42,555 nucleotides of DNA from Patescibacteria group bacterium (GTDB lineage: Bacteria > Patescibacteriota > Microgenomatia > UBA8517): positions 289,127 through 331,681 of the forward strand of contig DATDRP010000001.1 in the NCBI GenBank assembly GCA_035291665.1. The letters are read 5' to 3'. Shown here piece after piece: positions 16,404 to 26,052 of the stretch; within the stretch, counting starts at the first letter, position 1; each line of letters opens with the position of its first letter. A program made the position numbers and the translations under genes. The notes beneath the pieces were generated by a model. That model saw only the letters and a list, made by a program, of their open reading frames with translations, was not told the DNA's origin and did no database searches.

Positions 16404-17511
16404 GCATAATTTTGAATATTTGTTCAACAAATAACTGCGATGCTTTTTTATCGTCAAAATCCGGTTCTTTAAACCTTCCAACCAGGTTTTGATAATCACT
16501 AATCATTTTTTCAATTGAATCATAGAGAGTTTCTTCGTTCAAGTCGTTTTGATTAATTATTTTACCCGACCTAAAACTTTCAACATATTTAGCGTTTTCA
16601 AATTGTTCGTTATTTTGTGAAAAGGGCAGAGGTATGAGAATAGATAAACGCTTTGCGGCAATTATTCCCGAGACGGTATTGGCACCGGACCTGGCGATCA
16701 CAAGATCAGAAAAATCAATCATTTGAACAAACTTTTCCGGTTCAATTGTACTATAAATGTGATAATTTTTTGAAAGCTCACGGTTAAGAGACTGCTTATA
16801 CCGAGTAGCCAATTTAAAATCTGCCTCACCCGTTTGATGAAAAATCTTATATTTTTGCAGAAGTTTATCGAGAAGTTTAAATACAACCAGATTTATCGAT
16901 TTTGAACCGCGGGACCCGCCAGTTATAAATATTAAAGATTTTTTGGATGGTTTATTTTTCAATGAAATCTTTGAATAAGCCTCCCAAATTGGATTGCCAA
17001 TGATTTCCGATTTGTGGGAAGGGTATTGTTTTACACTTTCTTTTCGTGACAAGAGAATTTTATCGGCAAAGGAAATACTTAATTGATTTGCAAGTCCTTT
17101 TCCGGAAGTTTGTTCATGAATGATAATCGGAACTCTTAGTATCCATGATGAAAAGACAACCGGCAGGGCAACAAAGCCGCCAAAAGAGACAGTAAGAACG
17201 GGGTTTATTTTACGAAGAATTGAAAAAGCTTTGATAAATCCAAGAGGGAGTTTGATGATGGAAGGAATTGTCCAAAAACTAAATTTACGCTGCAAACGTC
17301 CGGTATCCAGATTGACATATTTCACTCCTAATTTCGGCAAATACAACTCTTCAAACGTTTTAATCTTTCTTCCTTCGACCGCACTCCCGGCACCAACAAA
17401 AAATATATTATAACCAGCGGATCTTTTATCAATGATAAATTTTTCCAGCACGGCATACGCAGTCGACCCGGCATGTCCTCCCGTAAAGACGATATTCTTT
17501 GTATTATTCAT
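16378..17511 (-). CDS. murG: UDP-GlcNAc:lipid I GlcNAc transferase MurG
   Basis: GT28 fold with N-terminal FTGGHAGST, and dcw position. ATG at 17511 is preferred over the TTG at 17523. Confidence 0.92.
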   Translation of the reverse strand: MNNTKNIVFTGGHAGSTAYAVLEKFIIDKRSAGYNIFFVGAGSAVEGRKIKTFEELYLPKLGVKYVNLDTGRLQRKFSFWTIPSIIKLPLGFIKAFSILRKINPVLTVSFGGFVALPVVFSSWILRVPIIIHEQTSGKGLANQLSISFADKILLSRKESVKQYPSHKSEIIGNPIWEAYSKISLKNKPSKKSLIFITGGSRGSKSINLVVFKLLDKLLQKYKIFHQTGEADFKLATRYKQSLNRELSKNYHIYSTIEPEKFVQMIDFSDLVIARSGANTVSGIIAAKRLSILIPLPFSQNNEQFENAKYVESFRSGKIINQNDLNEETLYDSIEKMISDYQNLVGRFKEPDFDDKKASQLFVEQIFKIMHEKGKTQR

Positions 17512-18694
17512 TTTCTTTTGCAATGCTAATTATAATCCCTGTTGCCGTCAGAAGGGCTACAAGTGACGAGCCTCCATACGACAGAAATGGAAGCGGAACA
17601 CCCGTAAAAGGAATGGCAGAAACTATTGAGCCTAAATTTATAAGTGTCTGTGATCCCAGCCAACTGGTAATTCCAACAGCTAAGACCCTGGAATAAGAAT
17701 TTGTCGTTTTTTTGATGACGGCAAACATATTTATGAGGAGAATCAAATATAAAATCAAAATCGCACAGGACCCAAAAAATCCGATTTCTTCTCCTATTAT
17801 TGCAAAAATTGAATCTGTGGATGCTTCCGGTAAAAATAAATACTTTTGCTTTGACTGGCCCAAACCCAAACCGAATAATCCACCGCTTGCTAATGCAAAA
17901 ATTATTTGCTGGATATGATATGAACCACCTTGAACATCTGAAAGCGGATCGATAAAACTCATCAATCGCTGCCTTCTGTAGTCCGAAGAAAAAATAAAAA
18001 ATAATGCGAGCAGCACGCTTCCGATTACTAATGGCACCATGGACATCATTCCGACTCCGGAAATCAAAATCTGTGAAAGACCGATAATCGACACAACCAA
18101 GGTTGTTCCCAAATCAGGCTGAAACATGATCAAAAGAGCAACGATCGCAAGCGGGATGACATATGACATAAGCCTTTTTGAATTTTTCGCAAGTTTTGCA
18201 AAATATAGCACCAAGCCTAATTTCAGAAATTCTGAAGGCTGCAAACGAACCGGTCCCAGATTCAGCCATCTTCGGGCACCCAAGACCTTGACACTGAGAC
18301 CGGGTATCAGTACAAGCAGTAACAAAATAAGCGATAGAACAAAGATTGGTGTTGACCATTTTTCCCAAAAAGATACCTTAATATTCGAAACAACAAACAT
18401 AGCAGCAATTCCTACAATTCCCCAAACAAACTGCTGTTTAGCATAGTAAAACTCATCCTGAAAAACACTGATTGCTTCCGGGGCAGAAACATCGGCGATA
18501 AATAAAAGTCCCAAAAATGTCAAAATAATGCTCAGTAAAAAAATACGTCCTGATATCCCATGAGGAATGAGAAACCATAATGGAGTTAAAATATTTTTAC
18601 CTTTTACGTGTTTATAACTGTTTCTTCCTTTTTTTGATTTATTTAATGACCTGAATGGGTTTCGGATTTTTAGTTTCGGACGCATTTTTACCAT
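17504..18694 (-). CDS. ftsW: SEDS-family cell division protein FtsW
   Basis: QPSEF, FQPDLGT, PEASTDSIFA and GVPLPFLSYGGSS motifs. It sits between mraY and murG. The start is uncertain (ATG at 18694 or 18685; the TTG at 18820 overlaps mraY). Confidence 0.9.
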   Translation of the reverse strand: MVKMRPKLKIRNPFRSLNKSKKGRNSYKHVKGKNILTPLWFLIPHGISGRIFLLSIILTFLGLLFIADVSAPEAISVFQDEFYYAKQQFVWGIVGIAAMFVVSNIKVSFWEKWSTPIFVLSLILLLLVLIPGLSVKVLGARRWLNLGPVRLQPSEFLKLGLVLYFAKLAKNSKRLMSYVIPLAIVALLIMFQPDLGTTLVVSIIGLSQILISGVGMMSMVPLVIGSVLLALFFIFSSDYRRQRLMSFIDPLSDVQGGSYHIQQIIFALASGGLFGLGLGQSKQKYLFLPEASTDSIFAIIGEEIGFFGSCAILILYLILLINMFAVIKKTTNSYSRVLAVGITSWLGSQTLINLGSIVSAIPFTGVPLPFLSYGGSSLVALLTATGIIISIAKENE

Positions 18695-18785
18695 TATATC
18701 AACATTTTTAGGGTGTTTTTGAATACCGCTATTCCTTTTAATAATTTTGATAATTCCAATTTTTAGCTGTCGCGGTTGGAATAGC

Positions 18786-19841
18786 TTAAATAGTTGCAAG
18801 CCACATTCCGAAGATTGCAAGAATTATTCCGGCTAACCAAGCACGCATTACTATTTTGGGTTCTTCCCATCCGATAGCCAGAAATGTGTGATGAATAGGA
18901 GCCAGTTTAAAAATTGGACGCTTTAGCACTTTCCAACCAAAAATTTGTATAGCTGAAGAAGTGATTTCGATCACAAAAAGTCCCCCGATCACTAAAAGAG
19001 CAAATATGCTTCCTGTTAAAAGACCAATCACACCAAGGGTTGCTCCGAACGATAACGCACCCGTATCTCCGAGGATTATTCTTGCTGGCCAAACATTGAA
19101 ATATAAAAATGCTATCAACGAGCCAACCAGAAGCGCGATAAATAATGACAATGGTGTGTCCAAATTTGAGGCAGATATCGCTCCGAATGCTATCAGGCAA
19201 ATTGTTAATAATCCCGGGGCGAGTCCGTCAAGCCCGTCGGTGATATTAAAAGCGTTTGAAAAAGCAACGATAACAAAGGCTGAGAAGAAGATGAAAAATG
19301 GTCCCATATTGATAGTATTATCAATTAATGGAATGTGAAGAAATTGAATACCGAGCTTCGCATATAGAACCCAACCAACGATTAAGGCGAGAATCCATTG
19401 GAGGATAAATTTTGTTTTCCTGGTCATTCCAAACCAGAATCCTGCTATACCCGGTTTAGGTTTCCCGAATATTTTCATAATGTCATCCGATAGTCCCAAT
19501 ATGCCGAACGAGATAAATGTGAAAAATATAGTAAAAAGTTCGGTTTTAAAGTCGAACGAACTCCTGATATAGACTCCCATGTGCGAAGAAAATGGAAATA
19601 AAAGATAAAAAAGTATCGTCACAACGCCAATCAAAAGAATTCCCCCGCCAACCGGCGTACCTGCTTTTTTATCGTGCAGCTTATCAAAAAGTGGAATCTT
19701 CCCCTTCTTGGGTGCTTCTTTTTGACGTGTTAATTTGAATTTATAAAGAAGATTTATAAACGGAACGATCAATATACTTGTGATTAAAAAAGAAAAAAGT
19801 ACCAGTCCTAATGCAAGCGGCAAAGTCTCTGATGATTTCAT
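18786..19841 (-). CDS. mraY: phospho-N-acetylmuramoyl-pentapeptide transferase MraY
   Basis: Polytopic membrane protein with NAFNITDGLDGLA and HHTF motifs of the MraY/WecA family. Confidence 0.97.
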   Translation of the reverse strand: MKSSETLPLALGLVLFSFLITSILIVPFINLLYKFKLTRQKEAPKKGKIPLFDKLHDKKAGTPVGGGILLIGVVTILFYLLFPFSSHMGVYIRSSFDFKTELFTIFFTFISFGILGLSDDIMKIFGKPKPGIAGFWFGMTRKTKFILQWILALIVGWVLYAKLGIQFLHIPLIDNTINMGPFFIFFSAFVIVAFSNAFNITDGLDGLAPGLLTICLIAFGAISASNLDTPLSLFIALLVGSLIAFLYFNVWPARIILGDTGALSFGATLGVIGLLTGSIFALLVIGGLFVIEITSSAIQIFGWKVLKRPIFKLAPIHHTFLAIGWEEPKIVMRAWLAGIILAIFGMWLATI

Positions 19842-19875
19842 AAAGTATTTATATTATATGCCACAGTATTAACAA

Positions 19876-21120
19876 TTATTGCAACTTTAACAGGTTCTGT
19901 GTTAATTTATCCAAATTTATTGACCTGGATCCTTTAATTAAAATTGCGTTTCCGGATTTTAAAAATTTCTTAACATACTTAGACGCATTTTCCCACTCAT
20001 CAAAGTGTTTTGATTCCGAAGATTTGCTGTCATTTTTAAAATTTTCACCCGTTGTTTTTGAAGTTTTACCAACAGTAATTAAATCATCTATCTTGAGCTT
20101 CCGCATATAGATACCCAATTCTCTATGAAGCTTATTATCTAATTTGCCAAGTTCAAGCATATCACCAAAAACGACAATTTTTTTATAACCTTTTGAAATA
20201 TCATTAAAATTAGCAAGCGCTTTTTTTGCGGCTGCAGGATTACTATTATACGAATCGTCCACTATTAAAGCTCCGCTTTTGTGTTGAACAATTCTCATAC
20301 GGTTTTCCGGCAATGCAAAATCTCTCAAACCTTTAACGATATATTCTTTATTAATATTTAATATCTCCGAAACACCTATCGAGGCAAGAGCGTTCATTGC
20401 AAAATGGTCACCTGCAAGAGGCAGGTCAATATTAAGTTTATATTTCGTGTCTTTATTAAAATAAATAAACTTTGTTCCCTTGAGCGAGATGCTTACATTT
20501 TCCGCCTGATGTTCTGACAAACCCCCGAAGCCCCAGATTTTACAGGACAATTTGTTTTTGAGAGACTTGAGATATTTATTTTCCAGATTTAATATTGCCC
20601 AATCATCCCTCCCTAAACATGCCGTGATTTTCTTTTTTTCTGCAAAAACACCCTCCTCGTTTCCAAAAAACAGAGTATGCGTGGGATAGATATTAGTTAT
20701 AACGGATATGTCTGGTTTAGCCAGCCAAAGATAAAAGTCCATTTCACCTTTGTATTCGACACCCATTTCCAATACCAGATATTTAGTATTTATACCGCAT
20801 TTCAAAATTGTGTCTGGAATATTGTAGACAGGATCAATATTTTTATAACTTGCAACGACCCGCCCTTCCCGCTTCAAAATTGAGGCTATCATCTCTTTTG
20901 TGGTTGTTTTTCCGGCACTGCCGGTAATTGCAATTACCTTAAGGTGGTTAAGCTGCCGTAAAATAACTAAATAATATTTTGCCAATCGTCTTTTGACCGG
21001 ATGAAGTATCCATTTCCGAATATTTGACGATGGTGTACTTGAACTGAAGATGTGCTCATCTGGTAACAATTTAACCACCCAGAGTTTTACCAATTTGTGT
21101 ATAATACTTTTTTCAACCAT
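19876..21120 (-). CDS. murF: UDP-MurNAc-tripeptide:D-Ala-D-Ala ligase MurF
   Basis: Mur ligase P-loop AITGSAGKTTTKEM and the central and C-terminal Mur ligase domains. ATG at 21120 is preferred because the track start overlaps the divergent gene. Confidence 0.92.
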   Translation of the reverse strand: MVEKSIIHKLVKLWVVKLLPDEHIFSSSTPSSNIRKWILHPVKRRLAKYYLVILRQLNHLKVIAITGSAGKTTTKEMIASILKREGRVVASYKNIDPVYNIPDTILKCGINTKYLVLEMGVEYKGEMDFYLWLAKPDISVITNIYPTHTLFFGNEEGVFAEKKKITACLGRDDWAILNLENKYLKSLKNKLSCKIWGFGGLSEHQAENVSISLKGTKFIYFNKDTKYKLNIDLPLAGDHFAMNALASIGVSEILNINKEYIVKGLRDFALPENRMRIVQHKSGALIVDDSYNSNPAAAKKALANFNDISKGYKKIVVFGDMLELGKLDNKLHRELGIYMRKLKIDDLITVGKTSKTTGENFKNDSKSSESKHFDEWENASKYVKKFLKSGNAILIKGSRSINLDKLTQNLLKLQ

Positions 21121-21145
21121 TAATTGATAATTATAACGCCCGCAG

Positions 21146-22003
21146 ATGAAAACCAAAAATAGCGTTTTTATTTATTACGTCAACGGAAAATTTATTGACT
21201 CTAACCACGCCTTTATAAATATCTTGGACATCGGACTTCTAAGGGGTTACGGTGTTTTTGATTTTTTAATTACTTACAAAGGCAAACCGTTTTTATTAAA
21301 TGAACATATTAAGCGTTTGTTTAATTCCGCTTCAAGCATAGGTCTAAAAATCGGTAAATCTGAATCGGAAATTAGAAATATAATTATTCAAACATTACAA
21401 AAAAATCTATCCGATACTGAAAAATCTATAAGAATCGTCATTACCGGGGGTGTTGGTATTAGCACAACCGAACCCGGCGACAAGCCGACAATTATAGTTA
21501 TAATTGATGACAAACACGATTATCCGGCTGAATATTACAAAAATGGAATCAAAGTCATTACCTTTTCTTATACGAGGGCATTAGCATCTGTAAAATCACT
21601 CGATTATTCAATGGGCATTAAAGCACTCGACAAAGCCAGGCATAAAAATGCTCAAGAAGCAATTTATGTTGATCAGATTTCAAAGACAGTATCGGAAGCA
21701 ACAACCAGTAATGTATTTATTATAAAGAAGGGTAAAATTTCGACTTCCAATGAAAATATTTTGAAAGGCATGACAAGAAATTTGGTTATAAAGCTGCTGT
21801 CCCAGATTAAACCGGTTACTGAAAAACAGGTCAATCTGAAGCAACTATTATCGGCTGACGAGGTCTTTATTACCGCAAGCAATAAAGAGGTTATACCCGT
21901 TACCAAAATTGATAACCATAATGTAGGCGACGGAAAAGTTGGTCCGACTACAAAAAAGGTTATGCACGTATTCAGAGATTACATTGAAAAAGGAATTTGG
22001 TAA
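21146..22003 (+). CDS. class IV (D-amino-acid / branched-chain) aminotransferase
   Basis: Fold-type IV PLP enzyme pattern: GLLRGYGVFDF, an RL motif, and EATTSNVFIIKKGKI...ILKGMTR. It is inverted relative to the dcw genes. Confidence 0.88.
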   Translation: MKTKNSVFIYYVNGKFIDSNHAFINILDIGLLRGYGVFDFLITYKGKPFLLNEHIKRLFNSASSIGLKIGKSESEIRNIIIQTLQKNLSDTEKSIRIVITGGVGISTTEPGDKPTIIVIIDDKHDYPAEYYKNGIKVITFSYTRALASVKSLDYSMGIKALDKARHKNAQEAIYVDQISKTVSEATTSNVFIIKKGKISTSNENILKGMTRNLVIKLLSQIKPVTEKQVNLKQLLSADEVFITASNKEVIPVTKIDNHNVGDGKVGPTTKKVMHVFRDYIEKGIW

Positions 22004-22004
22004 G

Positions 22005-23390
22005 CTACTTCAGTTTCCTGACGTATAATTTAAATTTATCTCCTCTGTCTTTGTAATTTTCAAACATATCAAAAGAAGAACACCCGGGTGATAAAACTAC
22101 AGCACCACCTTTTGGTGTTAATCGATACGCCTTTCTTACTATTTCGTTCATTCCAGAATAGCCCAAGTCAATTGTATTTCCGGAATATTTATACTTCTTT
22201 AACAGTTTTGAAAACACAATTCTCATATCCCCGATTATTACTATGTTTTGAATATTCTTTCTGGTTGCGATCAGTTTAAAAAGCATATTGTAATCAAGCT
22301 TTTTATCAAATCCGCCCAGAATCAGACTCACGGGTTCATCAAATGACTTTACTGCAGCTTCTACCGTCTGAGGATTTGTTGAGAATGAATCATCATAAAA
22401 TGAGACACCGTTTACGTTTCTTACAAACTCAAGCCTGTGTTCAAGTCCTTTGAATGAATAAACAGACTTCTTTACATTACTTACCGAGGATCCGGCAAGA
22501 ATTGAAGCGCAAATTGCGGCGGTAATATTTTCCTGATTATGTCTTCCCCGTAAAATAAGTTTATCAGTTGATCCGATTATATTTGTTTTTCCAAATACAT
22601 TTGAAAATATCACATCATTTTCAATATAAACTCCCTTCAGTTTCTTTTTTGTGCTGTAAAAATACTTTTTACTATTACCGATCTTTTCAAAAGATTTGGG
22701 AACAGGATAATCTGAATTTATTACGGCAAAGTCGCTTTCAGATTGAAATTGCAAAATATTTTTTTTGGAATCCAGATATTCTTTTTGATTTTTATGCCAA
22801 TCCATATGATCTGAAGTGATATTAAGTACAACTGAGATGTTTGGGCTTTTTTCTATATCTATAAGCTGAAAAGATGAAAGCTCAAGCACGACTACCGACT
22901 GTTTATCTAATTTATCTAATATTTTTAGCGGCGGTACCCCAATGTTACCTACTAAAAAAATCTTTTGTCTACTCGTTTCTGGGGACCTGCCCTGAGCTTG
23001 CTGAAGAATTTGATAAATTAAAGTACTGGTTGTTCCTTTTCCTTTGGTTCCGGTTACACCAATTGTAGTTGCCGGACAATTTTCCAAGAAGTATTTAACC
23101 GCCGAAGTGATGACAACTCCATTCTTTTCTGCTGAAACCAGTTCAGACAAAAACCGATAAACACCCGGTGATCGGAAAATAAAATCAAATCTGTCAAGGT
23201 TCGAAAGATATTTTTCACCTGTTACAAGATTTATGTATTTTAAATTAAATCCGGAAAAATCCAACTCGTTTTTATTTTTTGTATCCAGGATTGTAATATT
23301 TTTTACTCCGTGTTTTAAAAAATAATCTAAAACGTCTCTTCCTTCCAATCCGAATCCTAAAATCGCAATCTTGGAATCAGGGTATATCAT
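22005..23390 (-). CDS. murD: UDP-MurNAc-L-Ala:D-Glu ligase MurD
   Basis: N-terminal Rossmann ILGFGLEGRD and P-loop GVTGTKGKGTTSTL, plus Mur ligase C-terminal domains. Confidence 0.95.
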   Translation of the reverse strand: MIYPDSKIAILGFGLEGRDVLDYFLKHGVKNITILDTKNKNELDFSGFNLKYINLVTGEKYLSNLDRFDFIFRSPGVYRFLSELVSAEKNGVVITSAVKYFLENCPATTIGVTGTKGKGTTSTLIYQILQQAQGRSPETSRQKIFLVGNIGVPPLKILDKLDKQSVVVLELSSFQLIDIEKSPNISVVLNITSDHMDWHKNQKEYLDSKKNILQFQSESDFAVINSDYPVPKSFEKIGNSKKYFYSTKKKLKGVYIENDVIFSNVFGKTNIIGSTDKLILRGRHNQENITAAICASILAGSSVSNVKKSVYSFKGLEHRLEFVRNVNGVSFYDDSFSTNPQTVEAAVKSFDEPVSLILGGFDKKLDYNMLFKLIATRKNIQNIVIIGDMRIVFSKLLKKYKYSGNTIDLGYSGMNEIVRKAYRLTPKGGAVVLSPGCSSFDMFENYKDRGDKFKLYVRKLK

Positions 23391-23442
23391 AATCTTAAAT
23401 ATTGTATCATCAAGACCATATATATATAATATTTACCATCTG

Positions 23443-24510
23443 ATGAAAATCTTCCGTAATTACCCCCTAAAAAATAATAATACTTTTAAAATAGACGTTA
23501 AGGCAAAATATTTCGCTGAAATAACTTCATCAGAAGATATAAGTAAAATTTTAACTGATAAAAAAATTAACCAAAATATCCTCGTTCTTGGAAGTGGTTC
23601 GAATATTCTATTTCAAAAAGATTATCCCGGATTGTTGATGCACATTGCAACCAAAGGTATAAAAATATTGGAAGAAAATGAAAAGACGGTAATGGTAGAA
23701 GTTGAAGCGGGAGAATCGTGGAATGGTTTTGTACATTGGTCTATTAACAATGGGCTTTCGGGCAATGAGAATTTGGTTCTTATTCCGGGAACGGTAGGCG
23801 CAGCTGTTGTTCAAAATATAGCCGCTTATGGCCAGAACTTTGAAGATATTTTCCATTCCCTTCAGGCAGTTGAAATAAGCAGTGGAAAGACAATTGAATT
23901 CGATAAAATTGCGTGCAAGTTCCGCTATCGTGATAGTTATTTTAAAAAAGAGGCAAAAGGGAAATTCATCGTAACTAAAGTCCGGATAAACCTATCCAAA
24001 AACGAAAAGATCGATACTTCGTACCATTCGCGTTATGAATCTCTTGAAGAAGAACTGAAAAAATTTGCCAATCCTCCGTATAATATACGCGATATTTCAA
24101 AAGCTGTAACAATAATTCGGGAGAGAAAATTCCCCGATTGGGAAAAAGTCGGTACTGTCGGAAGTTTTTTCCTTAACCCAATTATTTCCAAGAAACACCT
24201 GGAAGAAATTCAAAAAAAAGTTCCAAGCATCCAGTTCTACCCGATTGATAAACTGTCATATCCGCAACCGGATGATCCTAAATTTAAATATTCAGATTAC
24301 GTCAAAGTAGCAGCAGGTTGGCTGTTGGAAGAGCTCGGCTGGAAGGGAAAATGGATTGACAAAATTGGTACTTCTCAAAATCAGTCATTAGTAATCATCA
24401 CGCAAAAAGGCGCAACGCCCGCCGATATAATCTCATTTTCCGAAAAGATGAAATCGGATGTCAAAAAAGAGTACGGAATTGATCTTGAACCTGAAGTTAA
24501 TATTATTTGA
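23443..24510 (+). CDS. murB: UDP-N-acetylenolpyruvoylglucosamine reductase MurB
   Basis: FAD-binding PCMH domain (NNTFKIDVKAKYF, VLGSGSNILF, AGESWNGFV) and the MurB C-terminal domain. ATG at 23443 is preferred over the TTG at 23371. It is inverted relative to the cluster. Confidence 0.92.
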   Translation: MKIFRNYPLKNNNTFKIDVKAKYFAEITSSEDISKILTDKKINQNILVLGSGSNILFQKDYPGLLMHIATKGIKILEENEKTVMVEVEAGESWNGFVHWSINNGLSGNENLVLIPGTVGAAVVQNIAAYGQNFEDIFHSLQAVEISSGKTIEFDKIACKFRYRDSYFKKEAKGKFIVTKVRINLSKNEKIDTSYHSRYESLEEELKKFANPPYNIRDISKAVTIIRERKFPDWEKVGTVGSFFLNPIISKKHLEEIQKKVPSIQFYPIDKLSYPQPDDPKFKYSDYVKVAAGWLLEELGWKGKWIDKIGTSQNQSLVIITQKGATPADIISFSEKMKSDVKKEYGIDLEPEVNII

Positions 24511-25924
24511 CAGAAATTGATTTCAAATCGTTATAGATGTGAAAAATATCTCCGGCTCCCATGGTGATCACAACATCTCCTGATTTAATATTTTCTTCCA
24601 TCCATTTTACAGTCATTTTATGATCTCCAACATAGAAGCAGTTTTTATTAAATGTTTTTGTCTTTTTCGCCAACTCTTCCGAGCTGATACCGGGGTCAAA
24701 TTTTTCCCTAGCGGATGAATATATATCCATTAAGGCAACCAAATTAGCTTCAGAAAAACTTCTGGCAAAATCATCAAACAGCGCTTTCGTCCTTGAATAA
24801 GTGTGTGGTTGAAAAACAGCAACTAATCTTCTTTTTGGAAACCAGTCTTTGGCAGCTTTCAATGTCGCGACTATTTCACCAGGATGATGGGCGTAATCAT
24901 CAAAAAATTTTCCACCGAAAAACATTCCCATGTCTTCAAATCTCCTCCGGCATCCGAGATATCTTTCAAGTCCGCTTTTCAGACTGATTTCATCTATTCC
25001 CAGAAGATCCCCGGCTACATATGCGGCGGTTGCATTTTCTACATTAAACTTCCCGGGTAAATTAATCCGAATATTTTCTATGACCTTCTTTTTTTTCTTG
25101 TTATAAATGCTGAATATTGATTTTTGGTTTTCAAATTTCAACTTTTGAATTCTGTAATCAACGGAGTCTTCAAAACCATATGTCACAAGATTATTTCTAA
25201 AATTCTTTGCGACTGACATCGTATTTGCATTATCCGCATTGGCAATCAGATGGCCGAATTTCGGTATTTTTTGGAAAAATTGCGTAAAAACCTCTTTAGT
25301 TTTTTCAAAATTTTCATATATGTCAGGATGGTCATATTCAATATTGGTTGCAATTACAATCTTTGGCGTCAACAGTGAAAATTTCGGACGATTGTCTATC
25401 CCGGGAGAGATAACATAATCATCGGCTTCACAAATAAAGTTGCGGCCGTCTTTTTCATACTTCCCGGGAACTCCTAATGGATATATATTTCCGACACCAA
25501 CGATAAAAGATGGTTTCATTCCGGCTGTGTCCAAAACAACTGAAAGGATTGAGCTAATTGAAGTTTTTCCGCCCACCCCGCATACTCCTATTGTCTCTTT
25601 TTCTCCTGCAGCTTGAGCCAGTACTTCCGCATAGGTCATAACCGGAATTCCTTTCTTCTTTGCATACTCAACCTCCACGTTTCCCAAACCGCCATGCGCG
25701 GCAGTCGTAATCAAAAGATCAGTATCTTTATCAACATTTTTGTCTGATAAACCTGTAAGCCATTTGATATTCCTCTTTTTTAATATTTCGTCTGTTACAA
25801 ACACTTCAGACACGTCGCTTCCCGAAATATTTATGCCAATATCCTGGAGATACAAAGCCATAGCAGTCATACCAACACCTTTTATTCCTGTCAAATGTAC
25901 TTTTTTTATTTTGTTAAAATCCAT
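24503..25924 (-). CDS. murC: UDP-MurNAc:L-Ala ligase MurC
   Basis: HLTGIKGVGMTAMA Rossmann motif and P-loop GVCGVGGKTSIS. The start is set at ATG 25924 (MDFNKIKKVH...). The longer track ORF reads through palindromic repeat element B. Confidence 0.93.
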   Translation of the reverse strand: MDFNKIKKVHLTGIKGVGMTAMALYLQDIGINISGSDVSEVFVTDEILKKRNIKWLTGLSDKNVDKDTDLLITTAAHGGLGNVEVEYAKKKGIPVMTYAEVLAQAAGEKETIGVCGVGGKTSISSILSVVLDTAGMKPSFIVGVGNIYPLGVPGKYEKDGRNFICEADDYVISPGIDNRPKFSLLTPKIVIATNIEYDHPDIYENFEKTKEVFTQFFQKIPKFGHLIANADNANTMSVAKNFRNNLVTYGFEDSVDYRIQKLKFENQKSIFSIYNKKKKKVIENIRINLPGKFNVENATAAYVAGDLLGIDEISLKSGLERYLGCRRRFEDMGMFFGGKFFDDYAHHPGEIVATLKAAKDWFPKRRLVAVFQPHTYSRTKALFDDFARSFSEANLVALMDIYSSAREKFDPGISSEELAKKTKTFNKNCFYVGDHKMTVKWMEENIKSGDVVITMGAGDIFHIYNDLKSISVK

Positions 25925-25929
25925 CTTAA

Positions 25930-26022
25930 TGACATCCTCCCCGCTCTTGTGAGCGGGGTCTCCTCCAAAGGAGGATGACATATCAGAGTTCAATTCATCT
26001 ACGTTCATGTAAACTGAACGTA
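25930..26022. repeat. structured GC-rich repeat element, copy B (compact form), in the murE-murC spacer
   Basis: TGACATCCTCC, then the 8-bp hairpin CCCCGCTC/GAGCGGGG, the 6-bp hairpin TCCTCC/GGAGGA, and the 7-bp hairpin ACGTTCA/TGAACGT followed by AGTTTTCTT. Homologous to 5159-5332. Confidence 0.55.
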
Positions 26023-26052
26023 GTTTTCTTGAAATCTGTTATAACTAAAGAT

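Noticed and set aside
25961-25980. GGAGG followed directly by ATG on the plus strand, read as the start of a small antisense ORF (MTYQSSIHLRSCK...)
   Set aside because: The SD-like sequence abuts the ATG with no spacer. The 32-codon frame has no support, and copy A does not conserve it (GTG followed by different reading).
25925-26008. N-terminal extensions in the ORF track: murC to 26008, ftsQ to 16499, ftsW to 18820, murG to 17523, murF to 21156, murB from 23371, lepB from 6566, guaB-like from 4091, and the CAP gene to 1388
   Set aside because: Most begin at TTG, overlap the neighbouring gene by 20-120 nt, or translate through palindromic repeat elements. In-frame ATGs give N-termini that match the family consensus.
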